DNA of 32,000 nucleotides from Dickeya dadantii NCPPB 898 (GTDB lineage Bacteria; Pseudomonadota; Gammaproteobacteria; Enterobacterales; Enterobacteriaceae): NCBI RefSeq assembly GCF_000406145.1, contig NZ_CM001976.1, positions 1,742,551 to 1,774,550 of the forward strand, read 5' to 3'. Shown piece by piece: positions 24,536 to 32,000 of this stretch (position 1 is its first letter; each line of letters starts with the position of its first letter). The notes under the pieces were generated by a model. It saw only the letters and a program-made list of their open reading frames with translations, ran no database searches and was not told where the DNA came from. The position numbers and the translations under genes were made by a program.

Positions 24536-27500
24536 ATTTGCTTCAGGATTTGTTTCGCAAGGTTTTTTATCAGGAAGTTAGTCCCATTATTAATATTAGT
24601 GGTGATCGTCTGTTGCAGATCGATGATGTGGCACCACTACCTGTGGATGATGAGAAAGGTGATGGCGAACAGGTTGATTTAATTACGACGAGAGGACTCA
24701 TTCTCTCGCTAATCCGAAAAAATAAAAAACCCATATTATTGGGCTTGTTTTTTTCTCTGTTCCGGGTTCTTCTGACGTTGAGTATCCCGGTAATGATTAA
24801 GTTGATTCTTATTGTTATTATAAGTGGACCACAATCTAGTCTATCTAGTGGGGTCATTTATTCCTTTCTGTTTGCTGTCGCAACCATTATAAGCGGTATA
24901 ATAACAAATTTTTGTTTTTATTGGGATTTTGTTGCCTTTCAGGCTCATCAGCGCCTACTCAATATTTTAATTTATCGACAAATACTGGCATTAAATGTAG
25001 CTGCCCGCTCGACATATAATTCCGGTGATATGATTAATACTGTCGGTAACGATGTACAGGCAGTGGCTCGGCTGGGCTATCTGGTCAACGATAGTTTTTA
25101 TGCACTGAGCCTGTTTATTGGGGTTGTCGCAGTATTGCTGAGTTATTTGGGATGGGCTACCTTTGCTGCCTTGGCTGTTTTAATAATTTTTCAGCCTGTT
25201 GCATGGAAAATTACGCAGCACTTCGTTAAATATGACAATACGCGTACTCATCTTAGAGAAGCCCGCCTGAGCCTGATTTCACAGTTGTTGTCCGGTATTC
25301 GGACGGTAAAGCTTTATAGTTTGTTCGGTCTGCTGAACAATAAAATTGGTCAATTGCGGCAACAGGAAAGACAGCAACAAATCCATTGGGGTTACAAATC
25401 GGCATTATCGATAGTTGTATTTGGCAGTACAACTACACTGGTATGTCTGGCGGCATTCGGTACACGTGTGTTATTGGGGCAATCGATTGACCCTACCGTG
25501 CTGTTTCCCTCCCTTGGTTTACTGATGTTACTTGAAGTGCCCTTTGCACAATTGCCGGAAATTCTAAGCACTTTTTCTGGCGTTAAGGCTGCCGGAACAC
25601 GCGTTCGGCGCTTTCTACAGCAAGAAAAAACCGCAGACACAAAACCGCTTGCGGCATCAGATGTAGTACCAGGGGTGGTGCTGCAACAGGTGTCTTTTTC
25701 TAATGCCGTACAGGAAAAACCGCTACTAAACAAGATAGAACTGATTATTCGTCCAGGAGAAGCGGTGGCCATTGTTGGCCCGGTCGGGGCAGGTAAGAGT
25801 ATTCTTCTACGTACCCTCTTGGAAGAGGATGAACGAGTGTCCGGTGTGATCCAATGGCAGGGTATCGATCCACAGTCTGCGCCACGGATGTCTTATGTGC
25901 CCCAAGAAGCTTTCATCTTTCATGCGACGTTGAAAGAGAACGTACTTATGGGCCAACAAGGAGAGCAGGCGGAGGCACTGTTACAGCAGGCGATTAAAGT
26001 CACTGCTCTGGACGCTGATATTCGCCAACTGCCAGGCGGGATGACGATGGAAGTTGGTGAGCGGGGAACTGGTCTTTCCGGTGGACAAAAGCAGCGTATC
26101 AGTCTGGCACGTTCAGTGGTAGCCAGACCGGGTATTGTTTTGTTAGACGACCCTTTTTCTGCCCTGGATGCCAGAACAGAAGAATATATTGTTGAGCATC
26201 TATTGTTCTCACAATGGCAATCGATTACCCGGGTTGTTGTCACACATCGGCTGAATTTTTTGCACCGTTTTGACAACATCGTCTTTATGAAGGAAGGCGA
26301 GATCGTGGCACAGGGAACGCTGGAGGAATTATTAAAACGTGACGATTTCAGTACATTCTGTGCCAATGATTCACATCACTCTGTCGTCTCTGCTGGAGAC
26401 GAATCCTCCTCTGTAGCGGAAGAGCTGACGTTAACTAATGTCGGTTCGAGCGAGCCACTACGTATTACTGAGGATGAAGGCCGGCGTTTTGGCGGCGTTG
26501 GCAGACAAATTTATGGTGATTTTTTGCGGGCGATGGCGGGGGGCCGAAACCATCCACAGCGACGCGCTATATTTGCTTGCTTGCTGATTGCTGTGATTCT
26601 GGCTGTTTTGCTCCCTCTTAGTCAAAATCTCTGGTTTGTCGTGCTGTCTGACCCTCAGATTTTCACCAGTGGCTCGTGGTTACGTCAGATTGCAGACAAT
26701 CCGCTATTGAGCGTAGCGATTTATGCTGGGCTTGGTATTTTTGCGTTAAGCGTTATTTATCTGCAACGTGCACTCTGGTTTCGCCAGACAGCCGTAGCCT
26801 CGGGGATATTGCATCAGGAAGGGCTTGAGGGATTATCTCGTGCACCTATTCGTTTTTTTGATGCCACCATGTCAGGCGTTTTGATGAATCGTTTTTCACG
26901 AGATATTTTTGTCATTGAAAATGATTTAAGCTGGATGTTTGAAAACATGGTTCGTTTTACCTTTCAATGTCTGGTCAATATCGTTTTGATAATCCTGGTT
27001 AGTCCCTGGATTATTCTGGGTATTATTCCTATCCTGTGGCTTTATTCTCGCTTGTTGAGTAAGTTTAATAACGCTTCTCGAGAGATAAAACGGCTGGTAC
27101 AAATTACCCAGTCGCCTCTTTTTAGCCATTTGAGTGAAACATTCGATGGTTTATTGACTATTCGTACATTAAACCAAAAACGTTATTTTATCCGTCAATT
27201 TGATGTTCGGCATGATGCATTTCAGCGCGCTTCTCGTGCACACGAATTGACCGATCGCTGGTTTAGTGTACGTGTGCCAATTTTAAGTGGTGTCATTTCG
27301 TTGATTTCTGCGATATCAATTTTTGGGGCTGCACGCTATGGCTGGATCTCCGCTGGTTTGGCAGGTGTGGTTCTCACCTATCTGATTAGCTTCTGGACGT
27401 TACTTAATTGGAGTGCAAGAACCTTTGTAATGGTGGAGGGCAACCTCACGTCGGTTGAGCGTTTGGTTCAACTGACTCACTTGCAGAATGAAGAAACGTT

Positions 27501-28281
27501 ATTCGGCAAGCAGCACAGCAACCAACCAAAGAATGATTGTCAACGTTTTCCACTCGTCAATGGCAACGGTGCACCGTGGAAACATAAAGTGCATGGTGCG
27601 GCAATTGAGTTTGTTTCGACTTCAGTACGTTATGCAGAACACTTACCCGATGTGCTTAGAAATATCAGTCTGAGGATTAAGCCAGGAGAAAGGGTTGGTA
27701 TTATAGGCCGAACCGGTTCGGGTAAGAGTACGATTCTTCAGGCACTTGTTGGCATGGCGGAGATTTCAAGCGGCGATATTTTACTTGATGGGATATCAAT
27801 TCGAACATTCCCTTTATCTGTGTTGCGAGAACTAATCGCGGTTGTTCCTCAGGAACCTTTCCTGATGAACGATACGATCCGCGTAAATCTTGACTCCGAA
27901 GGTTTATATTCCGATCAGCGACTGATTGACGCTATTGCACAGGTTGGTATGCCAGATTTTATTACAAGCTTACCTGATGGTCTCGATACGGTATTTTCTG
28001 ATAGTGACAATAGTTTTAGTCAGGGCCAGCGACAGTTACTGTGTTTTTCCCGGGCGTTATTGAAAAAGCCTAAAGTTATTATCATGGATGAAGCGACGTC
28101 CAATGTTGATGTGCAGACAGAGGCGAAAATTAATCGCCAGTTAAAAACAGTACTTGATGGTATTACCGTACTGATTATCGCCCACAGAGCGTCAACTATC
28201 AGGGATTGCGAGCAAATCATCCTTCTTTCTGAAGGTCAGTTTGTAAATACGACTATGGACGATGGTAATTACTATGAGTAA
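24532..28281 (+). CDS. Full-length (TMD-NBD-TMD-NBD) ABC exporter of ABCC/MRP-like type, 1249 aa
   Basis: NBD1: GPVGAGKS (25777-25800), LSGGQKQRISLAR (from 26074), Walker B IVLLDD-P (D-D at 26146-26151). NBD2: GRTGSGKST (27706-27732), FSQGQRQLLCFSRALL (28015-28062), IIMDEATSNVD (D-E at 28087-28092). A six-helix-like hydrophobic block precedes each NBD. The start overlaps the TEII stop (ATGA). Confidence 0.92.
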   Translation: MNLLQDLFRKVFYQEVSPIINISGDRLLQIDDVAPLPVDDEKGDGEQVDLITTRGLILSLIRKNKKPILLGLFFSLFRVLLTLSIPVMIKLILIVIISGPQSSLSSGVIYSFLFAVATIISGIITNFCFYWDFVAFQAHQRLLNILIYRQILALNVAARSTYNSGDMINTVGNDVQAVARLGYLVNDSFYALSLFIGVVAVLLSYLGWATFAALAVLIIFQPVAWKITQHFVKYDNTRTHLREARLSLISQLLSGIRTVKLYSLFGLLNNKIGQLRQQERQQQIHWGYKSALSIVVFGSTTTLVCLAAFGTRVLLGQSIDPTVLFPSLGLLMLLEVPFAQLPEILSTFSGVKAAGTRVRRFLQQEKTADTKPLAASDVVPGVVLQQVSFSNAVQEKPLLNKIELIIRPGEAVAIVGPVGAGKSILLRTLLEEDERVSGVIQWQGIDPQSAPRMSYVPQEAFIFHATLKENVLMGQQGEQAEALLQQAIKVTALDADIRQLPGGMTMEVGERGTGLSGGQKQRISLARSVVARPGIVLLDDPFSALDARTEEYIVEHLLFSQWQSITRVVVTHRLNFLHRFDNIVFMKEGEIVAQGTLEELLKRDDFSTFCANDSHHSVVSAGDESSSVAEELTLTNVGSSEPLRITEDEGRRFGGVGRQIYGDFLRAMAGGRNHPQRRAIFACLLIAVILAVLLPLSQNLWFVVLSDPQIFTSGSWLRQIADNPLLSVAIYAGLGIFALSVIYLQRALWFRQTAVASGILHQEGLEGLSRAPIRFFDATMSGVLMNRFSRDIFVIENDLSWMFENMVRFTFQCLVNIVLIILVSPWIILGIIPILWLYSRLLSKFNNASREIKRLVQITQSPLFSHLSETFDGLLTIRTLNQKRYFIRQFDVRHDAFQRASRAHELTDRWFSVRVPILSGVISLISAISIFGAARYGWISAGLAGVVLTYLISFWTLLNWSARTFVMVEGNLTSVERLVQLTHLQNEETLFGKQHSNQPKNDCQRFPLVNGNGAPWKHKVHGAAIEFVSTSVRYAEHLPDVLRNISLRIKPGERVGIIGRTGSGKSTILQALVGMAEISSGDILLDGISIRTFPLSVLRELIAVVPQEPFLMNDTIRVNLDSEGLYSDQRLIDAIAQVGMPDFITSLPDGLDTVFSDSDNSFSQGQRQLLCFSRALLKKPKVIIMDEATSNVDVQTEAKINRQLKTVLDGITVLIIAHRASTIRDCEQIILLSEGQFVNTTMDDGNYYE

Positions 28282-31200
28282 TAAGAGTATGGAACCAGCC
28301 TCACTTTCTTATGGACAAAGAGCACTCTGGTTTCAGCATTATGCGAATAATAAAACACCTTTTAATCATCTTAGTTTTGCTGCGAAGATTCTATCGGGTA
28401 AAGATCCTGCGCGACTATATAAGGCGTTAAACTATTTATTTCATCAATATGATTCTCTGCGTATGAAATACGTTGAGCATGACGGTGATATTTTCCAGCA
28501 GGTCGTGCACGACATTGACTTACCTCTTGTGGAAATTGATGCGACTGCATTGGATAACTCGGAACTGCTGGCCAATATTGCCGATGCAGCTGACGAACCG
28601 TACGATCTTTCATCCGGTATTTTGATGAAAGCGAAACTATACCATTGTCTGAATGGTGAACTGGTACTCTTCTTAGGTTTTCATCATATCGCTGTTGACC
28701 TATGGTCGATGAGCCACTTTATTAAAGAGTTAGGAAAAGCGTTTGCCTGTCAACATCCTGAAGAGCCTCTGTGGCAGGAACGCTTGAATAACTACATTGA
28801 GTTTATCAATTATCAGTCTTCCGTGATGCAGGGGAGCAAGGGAGAAGCGCTGCTAAATTATTGGCGTACAGAACTAGGGCAGGATATTCCTGTTCTGCAA
28901 TTACCCGAGGATAAGCTGCGCCCCGTTAATAAGAGTTATCATGCGGCATCAATCCGCTTCGAACTACCGGAAAAGCTGGAAGAAGAATTACGTACCTTCG
29001 CAAAAAAACAAGGTGTATCGCTTTATCCGGTATTGTTGGCGATATATAACGTGTTGTTGCATAAATATTCAGCGCAAACAGATATCGTCGTTGGATCACC
29101 TTGTGCAGGGCGCAGCCGGGCACATTTCCGGGAAACGTTTGGTTTTTTCGTCAATATTCTGGTGAATCGCCAGCGGGTCGAACCAACCATGCCTTTCCGT
29201 GCATTAGTGGCTGAGATTAACCAGCGCACGGCGAAACATTTGCGTAAACAGGATTACCCCCATGCTGCTCTGCACCAGAAAATAGCTCTCCAGCATGACA
29301 GGAGTCGTTCGCCTTTTTATGACGTTGAATTTGTCTATGACCATCCGCGCTTTATTGAAGATATCGCACCATTTATTCAGGGTTGGAATGGGGCAAGACT
29401 TGAGCTGGGGGAGCTGGTATTTGAATCGCTGGCTTTTGAAAAACGGTGGCTGGAACGTGATCTACAGCTTTTTATTGCACAAGGGCGGGATAAACTTTAC
29501 TGCACGCTGAGTTATAACCAGGATCTATTTTTCACTCAGACGGCTCAACGATTTGTCAGGCATTTTATTAATCTGCTCAGTGCTGCAATCAGAGAACCAG
29601 ACAGTACTATCGGGTCACTGGACTGTTTAAGTTCGCAAGAACGTGAGCAAATCTTGCAGCAATGGAATCAGACGAAGCGCAGCTACCCGGATGTAGGGTG
29701 GGGGCATGACTGGTTGCAGAGACAAGCACGGGAGACTCCCTATAGAACGGCGCTTTCTTTTGCTGGTCATCAGCTTACCTATCAGCAACTTGACCAGCGT
29801 ATTGACCGCTTGGCCGCAGTGCTTTCCGCCCGAGGGATTATGGCAGAGTCGATGGTGCCAGTTTTTATGCACCGCTCTGTAGATATGGTAACGGCTATTC
29901 ATGCCATCATGCGTGCTGGCGGTGCCTATGTACCCATAGATCCAGACTTGCCTGTCGAGCGTATCAAATGGATGCTTGATGAAGTCTCTGCCAATTTGGT
30001 ACTGACGCAAAAAGCGTTACTCAGGCAATGGGAGGCTACAGGCATCGAAGATACCGTACTGGTAGTGGATGATGATAATTTACCTGTGGTGCCTATCAAC
30101 TCCGTCACTCTGACGGCGGATAATGCGGCCTATATGATTTATACCTCGGGTTCTACGGGACGACCCAAAGGGGTAGTAAATACGCATGGTGGTATACGTA
30201 ACCGTATTTTGTGGATGCAAGAGGCGTTGCAGTTAACCAGTGATGACCGCGTCTTACAGAAAACACCTTATTCGTTCGATGTATCTGTATGGGAATTCCT
30301 GTGGCCATTTTTAGCGGGGGCACAACTGGTGATTGCCCGGCCTGGAGGGCATAAGGATGCAGAGTACCTGATCGATCTGATCATTACGGAAGCGGTAACG
30401 ACGCTTCATTTTGTCCCATCAATGTTACAGCTTTTTCTCTCTAATCCGCGTTGTGGCGAATGTACTTCTCTAAAGCGTGTAGTATGCAGTGGGGAAGTAC
30501 TACCAGTGGAGCTGGTCCGTCAGTTTTATCGTCAGTTTTCTGATTGCACTTTGTACAATCTTTACGGTCCCACTGAGGCGGCGGTGGATGTTTCATGGTG
30601 GCAATGTCGCCCAACAGATGACCTTGCTATAGTGCCAATTGGTTACCCTATTGCAAATACACAACTTTATATCCTGGATGAAAATCTCAATCCCGTGCCC
30701 ATTGGTGTTGCCGGAGAGTTATATATCGCTGGATGTCAGTTAGCGAGAGGATACTGGAATCAGCCCACGCTCACTGCTGAGCGTTTTATCGCTAATCCGT
30801 TCGCCGGGCGTGCCGAACAGCGAATGTATAAGACGGGCGATATTGCTCGCTACCGTGACAATGGTGAGATTGAATACCTGGGACGTTCGGACTTCCAGGT
30901 AAAAATCCGTGGATTCAGAATTGAATTAGGCGAAATAGAAGCCAGGCTAAAAGTACATCACCAGATAAAGGATGCAGTGGTGATGACTTATGGTGAAGGT
31001 GACGAAAAATTTTTATGTGCTTGGCTGGTGGCTGATACAGAATTATCGTTGATCGCGCTGCGTGAATATCTGTCTAAATCGCTGCCAGAATATATGGTCC
31101 CTTCTCATTTTTCCCGGTTGAATCAACTGCCGCTATCTCCTAATGGCAAGCTCGACAGAAAGGCGTTGCCGACACCGGAACCAGATAACAGTCTGTACGC

Positions 31201-32000
31201 AAGGCAACAATATGTGGCGCCGACAGATGACATTGAGTCTCGACTGGTGGATATTTTCCGCCACCTGCTGGCGGTGGAACATGTTGGTATTGAGGATGAT
31301 TTCTTTCTGCTTGGTGGTCATTCGCTAAAAGCCATGACTCTGATTGGCGAGATTAACAAAACACTGCACGTCAAACTGTCAATCAACGATATTTTCGCTA
31401 ATACGCAAGTTAAAGCCCTGGCTGCGCTTATCCGCAATTGCTCACCCAGTGAGCAGATAGTCATTGTACCGGTAAGTGACAAGAGCAGTTATCCCGCCTC
31501 ATTTGCACAACGGCGATTGTATATGATCGAACAGTTAAATGGGGTGGGAACGAGTTACAACATGGCGGGTGCGTTGTTAGTAGAAGGCGTACTGGATCAT
31601 ACGCGGCTGGAGGAGGCTTTCCTCCAGCTTATTCAGCAACATGAAAGTCTGCGGACATCTTTTGCGATGGAGAGCGACGTCATTGTACAGCGAATACATC
31701 CAGACGTTCCTTTTTCCATCAGTACGGATGAGGTGATAGACGCGCAGGTTGATGATTTGATCACCCGTTTTGTCAGACCATTCGATTTAGGCCATGCACC
31801 GCTATTGCGTGTGGGGGTGGCGCGCGTGGGGGACGAGCGGCATATCTTACTGTTCGATATGCATCACATTATTTCAGACGGCGTGTCGATAGCGCTGTTG
31901 ATCGATGATTTTGTCCGTTTGTATGCCGGAGAGCAGACGCTGCCACGGAGCATCCACTATAAGGATTTCTCTGCCTGGCAGCATCAGTGGCTGTCTAGTC
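28274..32000 (+). CDS. Non-ribosomal peptide synthetase, C-A(Ser)-T-C..., 3'-incomplete (continues past the window)
   Basis: Absent from the ORF track because it has no stop. I translated frame 2 from ATG 28274 (alternative 28289) to 32000 and found no stop. C: SYGQRALWF, FHHIAVDLWS (28682-28702). A: NAAYMIYTSGSTGRPKG (from 30122), FDVSVWE, NLYGPTE, YKTGD, GRSDFQVKIRGFRIEL, PNGKLDRKAL. T: FFLLGGHSL (Ser 31322-31324). Second C: SFAQRRLY, MHHIISDG (31862-31882). Confidence 0.93.
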   Translation, partial: MSNKSMEPASLSYGQRALWFQHYANNKTPFNHLSFAAKILSGKDPARLYKALNYLFHQYDSLRMKYVEHDGDIFQQVVHDIDLPLVEIDATALDNSELLANIADAADEPYDLSSGILMKAKLYHCLNGELVLFLGFHHIAVDLWSMSHFIKELGKAFACQHPEEPLWQERLNNYIEFINYQSSVMQGSKGEALLNYWRTELGQDIPVLQLPEDKLRPVNKSYHAASIRFELPEKLEEELRTFAKKQGVSLYPVLLAIYNVLLHKYSAQTDIVVGSPCAGRSRAHFRETFGFFVNILVNRQRVEPTMPFRALVAEINQRTAKHLRKQDYPHAALHQKIALQHDRSRSPFYDVEFVYDHPRFIEDIAPFIQGWNGARLELGELVFESLAFEKRWLERDLQLFIAQGRDKLYCTLSYNQDLFFTQTAQRFVRHFINLLSAAIREPDSTIGSLDCLSSQEREQILQQWNQTKRSYPDVGWGHDWLQRQARETPYRTALSFAGHQLTYQQLDQRIDRLAAVLSARGIMAESMVPVFMHRSVDMVTAIHAIMRAGGAYVPIDPDLPVERIKWMLDEVSANLVLTQKALLRQWEATGIEDTVLVVDDDNLPVVPINSVTLTADNAAYMIYTSGSTGRPKGVVNTHGGIRNRILWMQEALQLTSDDRVLQKTPYSFDVSVWEFLWPFLAGAQLVIARPGGHKDAEYLIDLIITEAVTTLHFVPSMLQLFLSNPRCGECTSLKRVVCSGEVLPVELVRQFYRQFSDCTLYNLYGPTEAAVDVSWWQCRPTDDLAIVPIGYPIANTQLYILDENLNPVPIGVAGELYIAGCQLARGYWNQPTLTAERFIANPFAGRAEQRMYKTGDIARYRDNGEIEYLGRSDFQVKIRGFRIELGEIEARLKVHHQIKDAVVMTYGEGDEKFLCAWLVADTELSLIALREYLSKSLPEYMVPSHFSRLNQLPLSPNGKLDRKALPTPEPDNSLYARQQYVAPTDDIESRLVDIFRHLLAVEHVGIEDDFFLLGGHSLKAMTLIGEINKTLHVKLSINDIFANTQVKALAALIRNCSPSEQIVIVPVSDKSSYPASFAQRRLYMIEQLNGVGTSYNMAGALLVEGVLDHTRLEEAFLQLIQQHESLRTSFAMESDVIVQRIHPDVPFSISTDEVIDAQVDDLITRFVRPFDLGHAPLLRVGVARVGDERHILLFDMHHIISDGVSIALLIDDFVRLYAGEQTLPRSIHYKDFSAWQHQWLSS
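28298..29625 (+). other. N-terminal condensation domain of the second NRPS (HHIAVDL variant)
   Basis: SLSYGQRALWFQH, HQYDSLRMKY, LGFHHIAVDLWSM, FGFFVNILVNR. Confidence 0.8.
29711..31180 (+). other. Adenylation domain, code D-V-W-H-V-S-L-V-D-K (serine-type)
   Basis: Hand-extracted code differs from the classical Ser code DVWHLSLIDK only by conservative L->V and I->V changes. Confidence 0.8.
31225..31435 (+). other. Thiolation (PCP) domain
   Basis: IESRLVDIFRHLLAVEHVGIEDDFFLLGGHSLKAMTLIGEI. Confidence 0.85.
31487..32000 (+). other. Second condensation domain (N-terminal part, canonical HHIISDG), truncated by the window end
   Basis: SYPASFAQRRLYMIEQL, QQHESLRTSF, MHHIISDGVS. No epimerisation domain lies between T and this C. 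Confidence 0.85.

Noticed and set aside
16372-31328. Antisense or off-frame ORFs within the megasynthase and ABC genes (e.g. 17568..17960, 18662..19048, 25392..25772, 25920..26366, 29627..30010)
   Set aside because: They are nested within long ORFs that carry complete, ordered catalytic motifs, and they have no independent signals.
1-32000. Search for tRNA, rRNA, CRISPR arrays, integrase or att direct repeats
   Set aside because: I noticed no cloverleaf-compatible stretch, rRNA-like segment, regularly spaced direct repeats or tyrosine-recombinase ORF. The island's right end lies outside the window, so att sites cannot be paired.

Overview
Enterobacterial-type chromosomal window; an ERIC/IRU repeat and IS3-like debris are recognisable. 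No rRNA, tRNA or CRISPR array was seen. All calls rest on motif reading by eye, with no database search. There are four blocks. (1) nt 1-11.3 kb is GC-rich and core-like. It holds the tail of an unknown gene, an EamA/DMT transporter, and a ~9.7-kb LysR-associated locus. That locus combines a polar-amino-acid ABC importer (binding protein at 1594; permeases and ATPase at 9082-11284) with PxpB/PxpC/PxpA-type ATP-dependent lactamase subunits, a class-I aminotransferase, an orphan BCCP-like protein and an SDR. (2) nt 11.6-13.6 kb holds two minus-strand alpha/beta-fold hydrolases, one with a signal peptide. (3) nt 13.6-16.2 kb is a very AT-rich junction. It contains an ERIC element with an internal insertion, an orphan small secreted glycine-rich ORF, a perfect 11-bp-stem hairpin, and nested IS3-family fragments (one IS inserted into another, transposase with an in-frame stop). 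(4) nt 16.2 kb to beyond 32 kb is the main candidate for a new system: one tightly translationally coupled plus-strand operon of lower GC encoding a hybrid PKS-NRPS assembly line. Its order is PKS (KS-AT-T), NRPS (C-A-T plus a terminal condensation-like domain with a degenerate active site), a type II thioesterase, a full-length two-half ABCC/MRP-like ABC exporter, and a second NRPS (C-A(Ser)-T-C...) that runs off the window. I could not match this architecture to any enterobacterial cluster I know.
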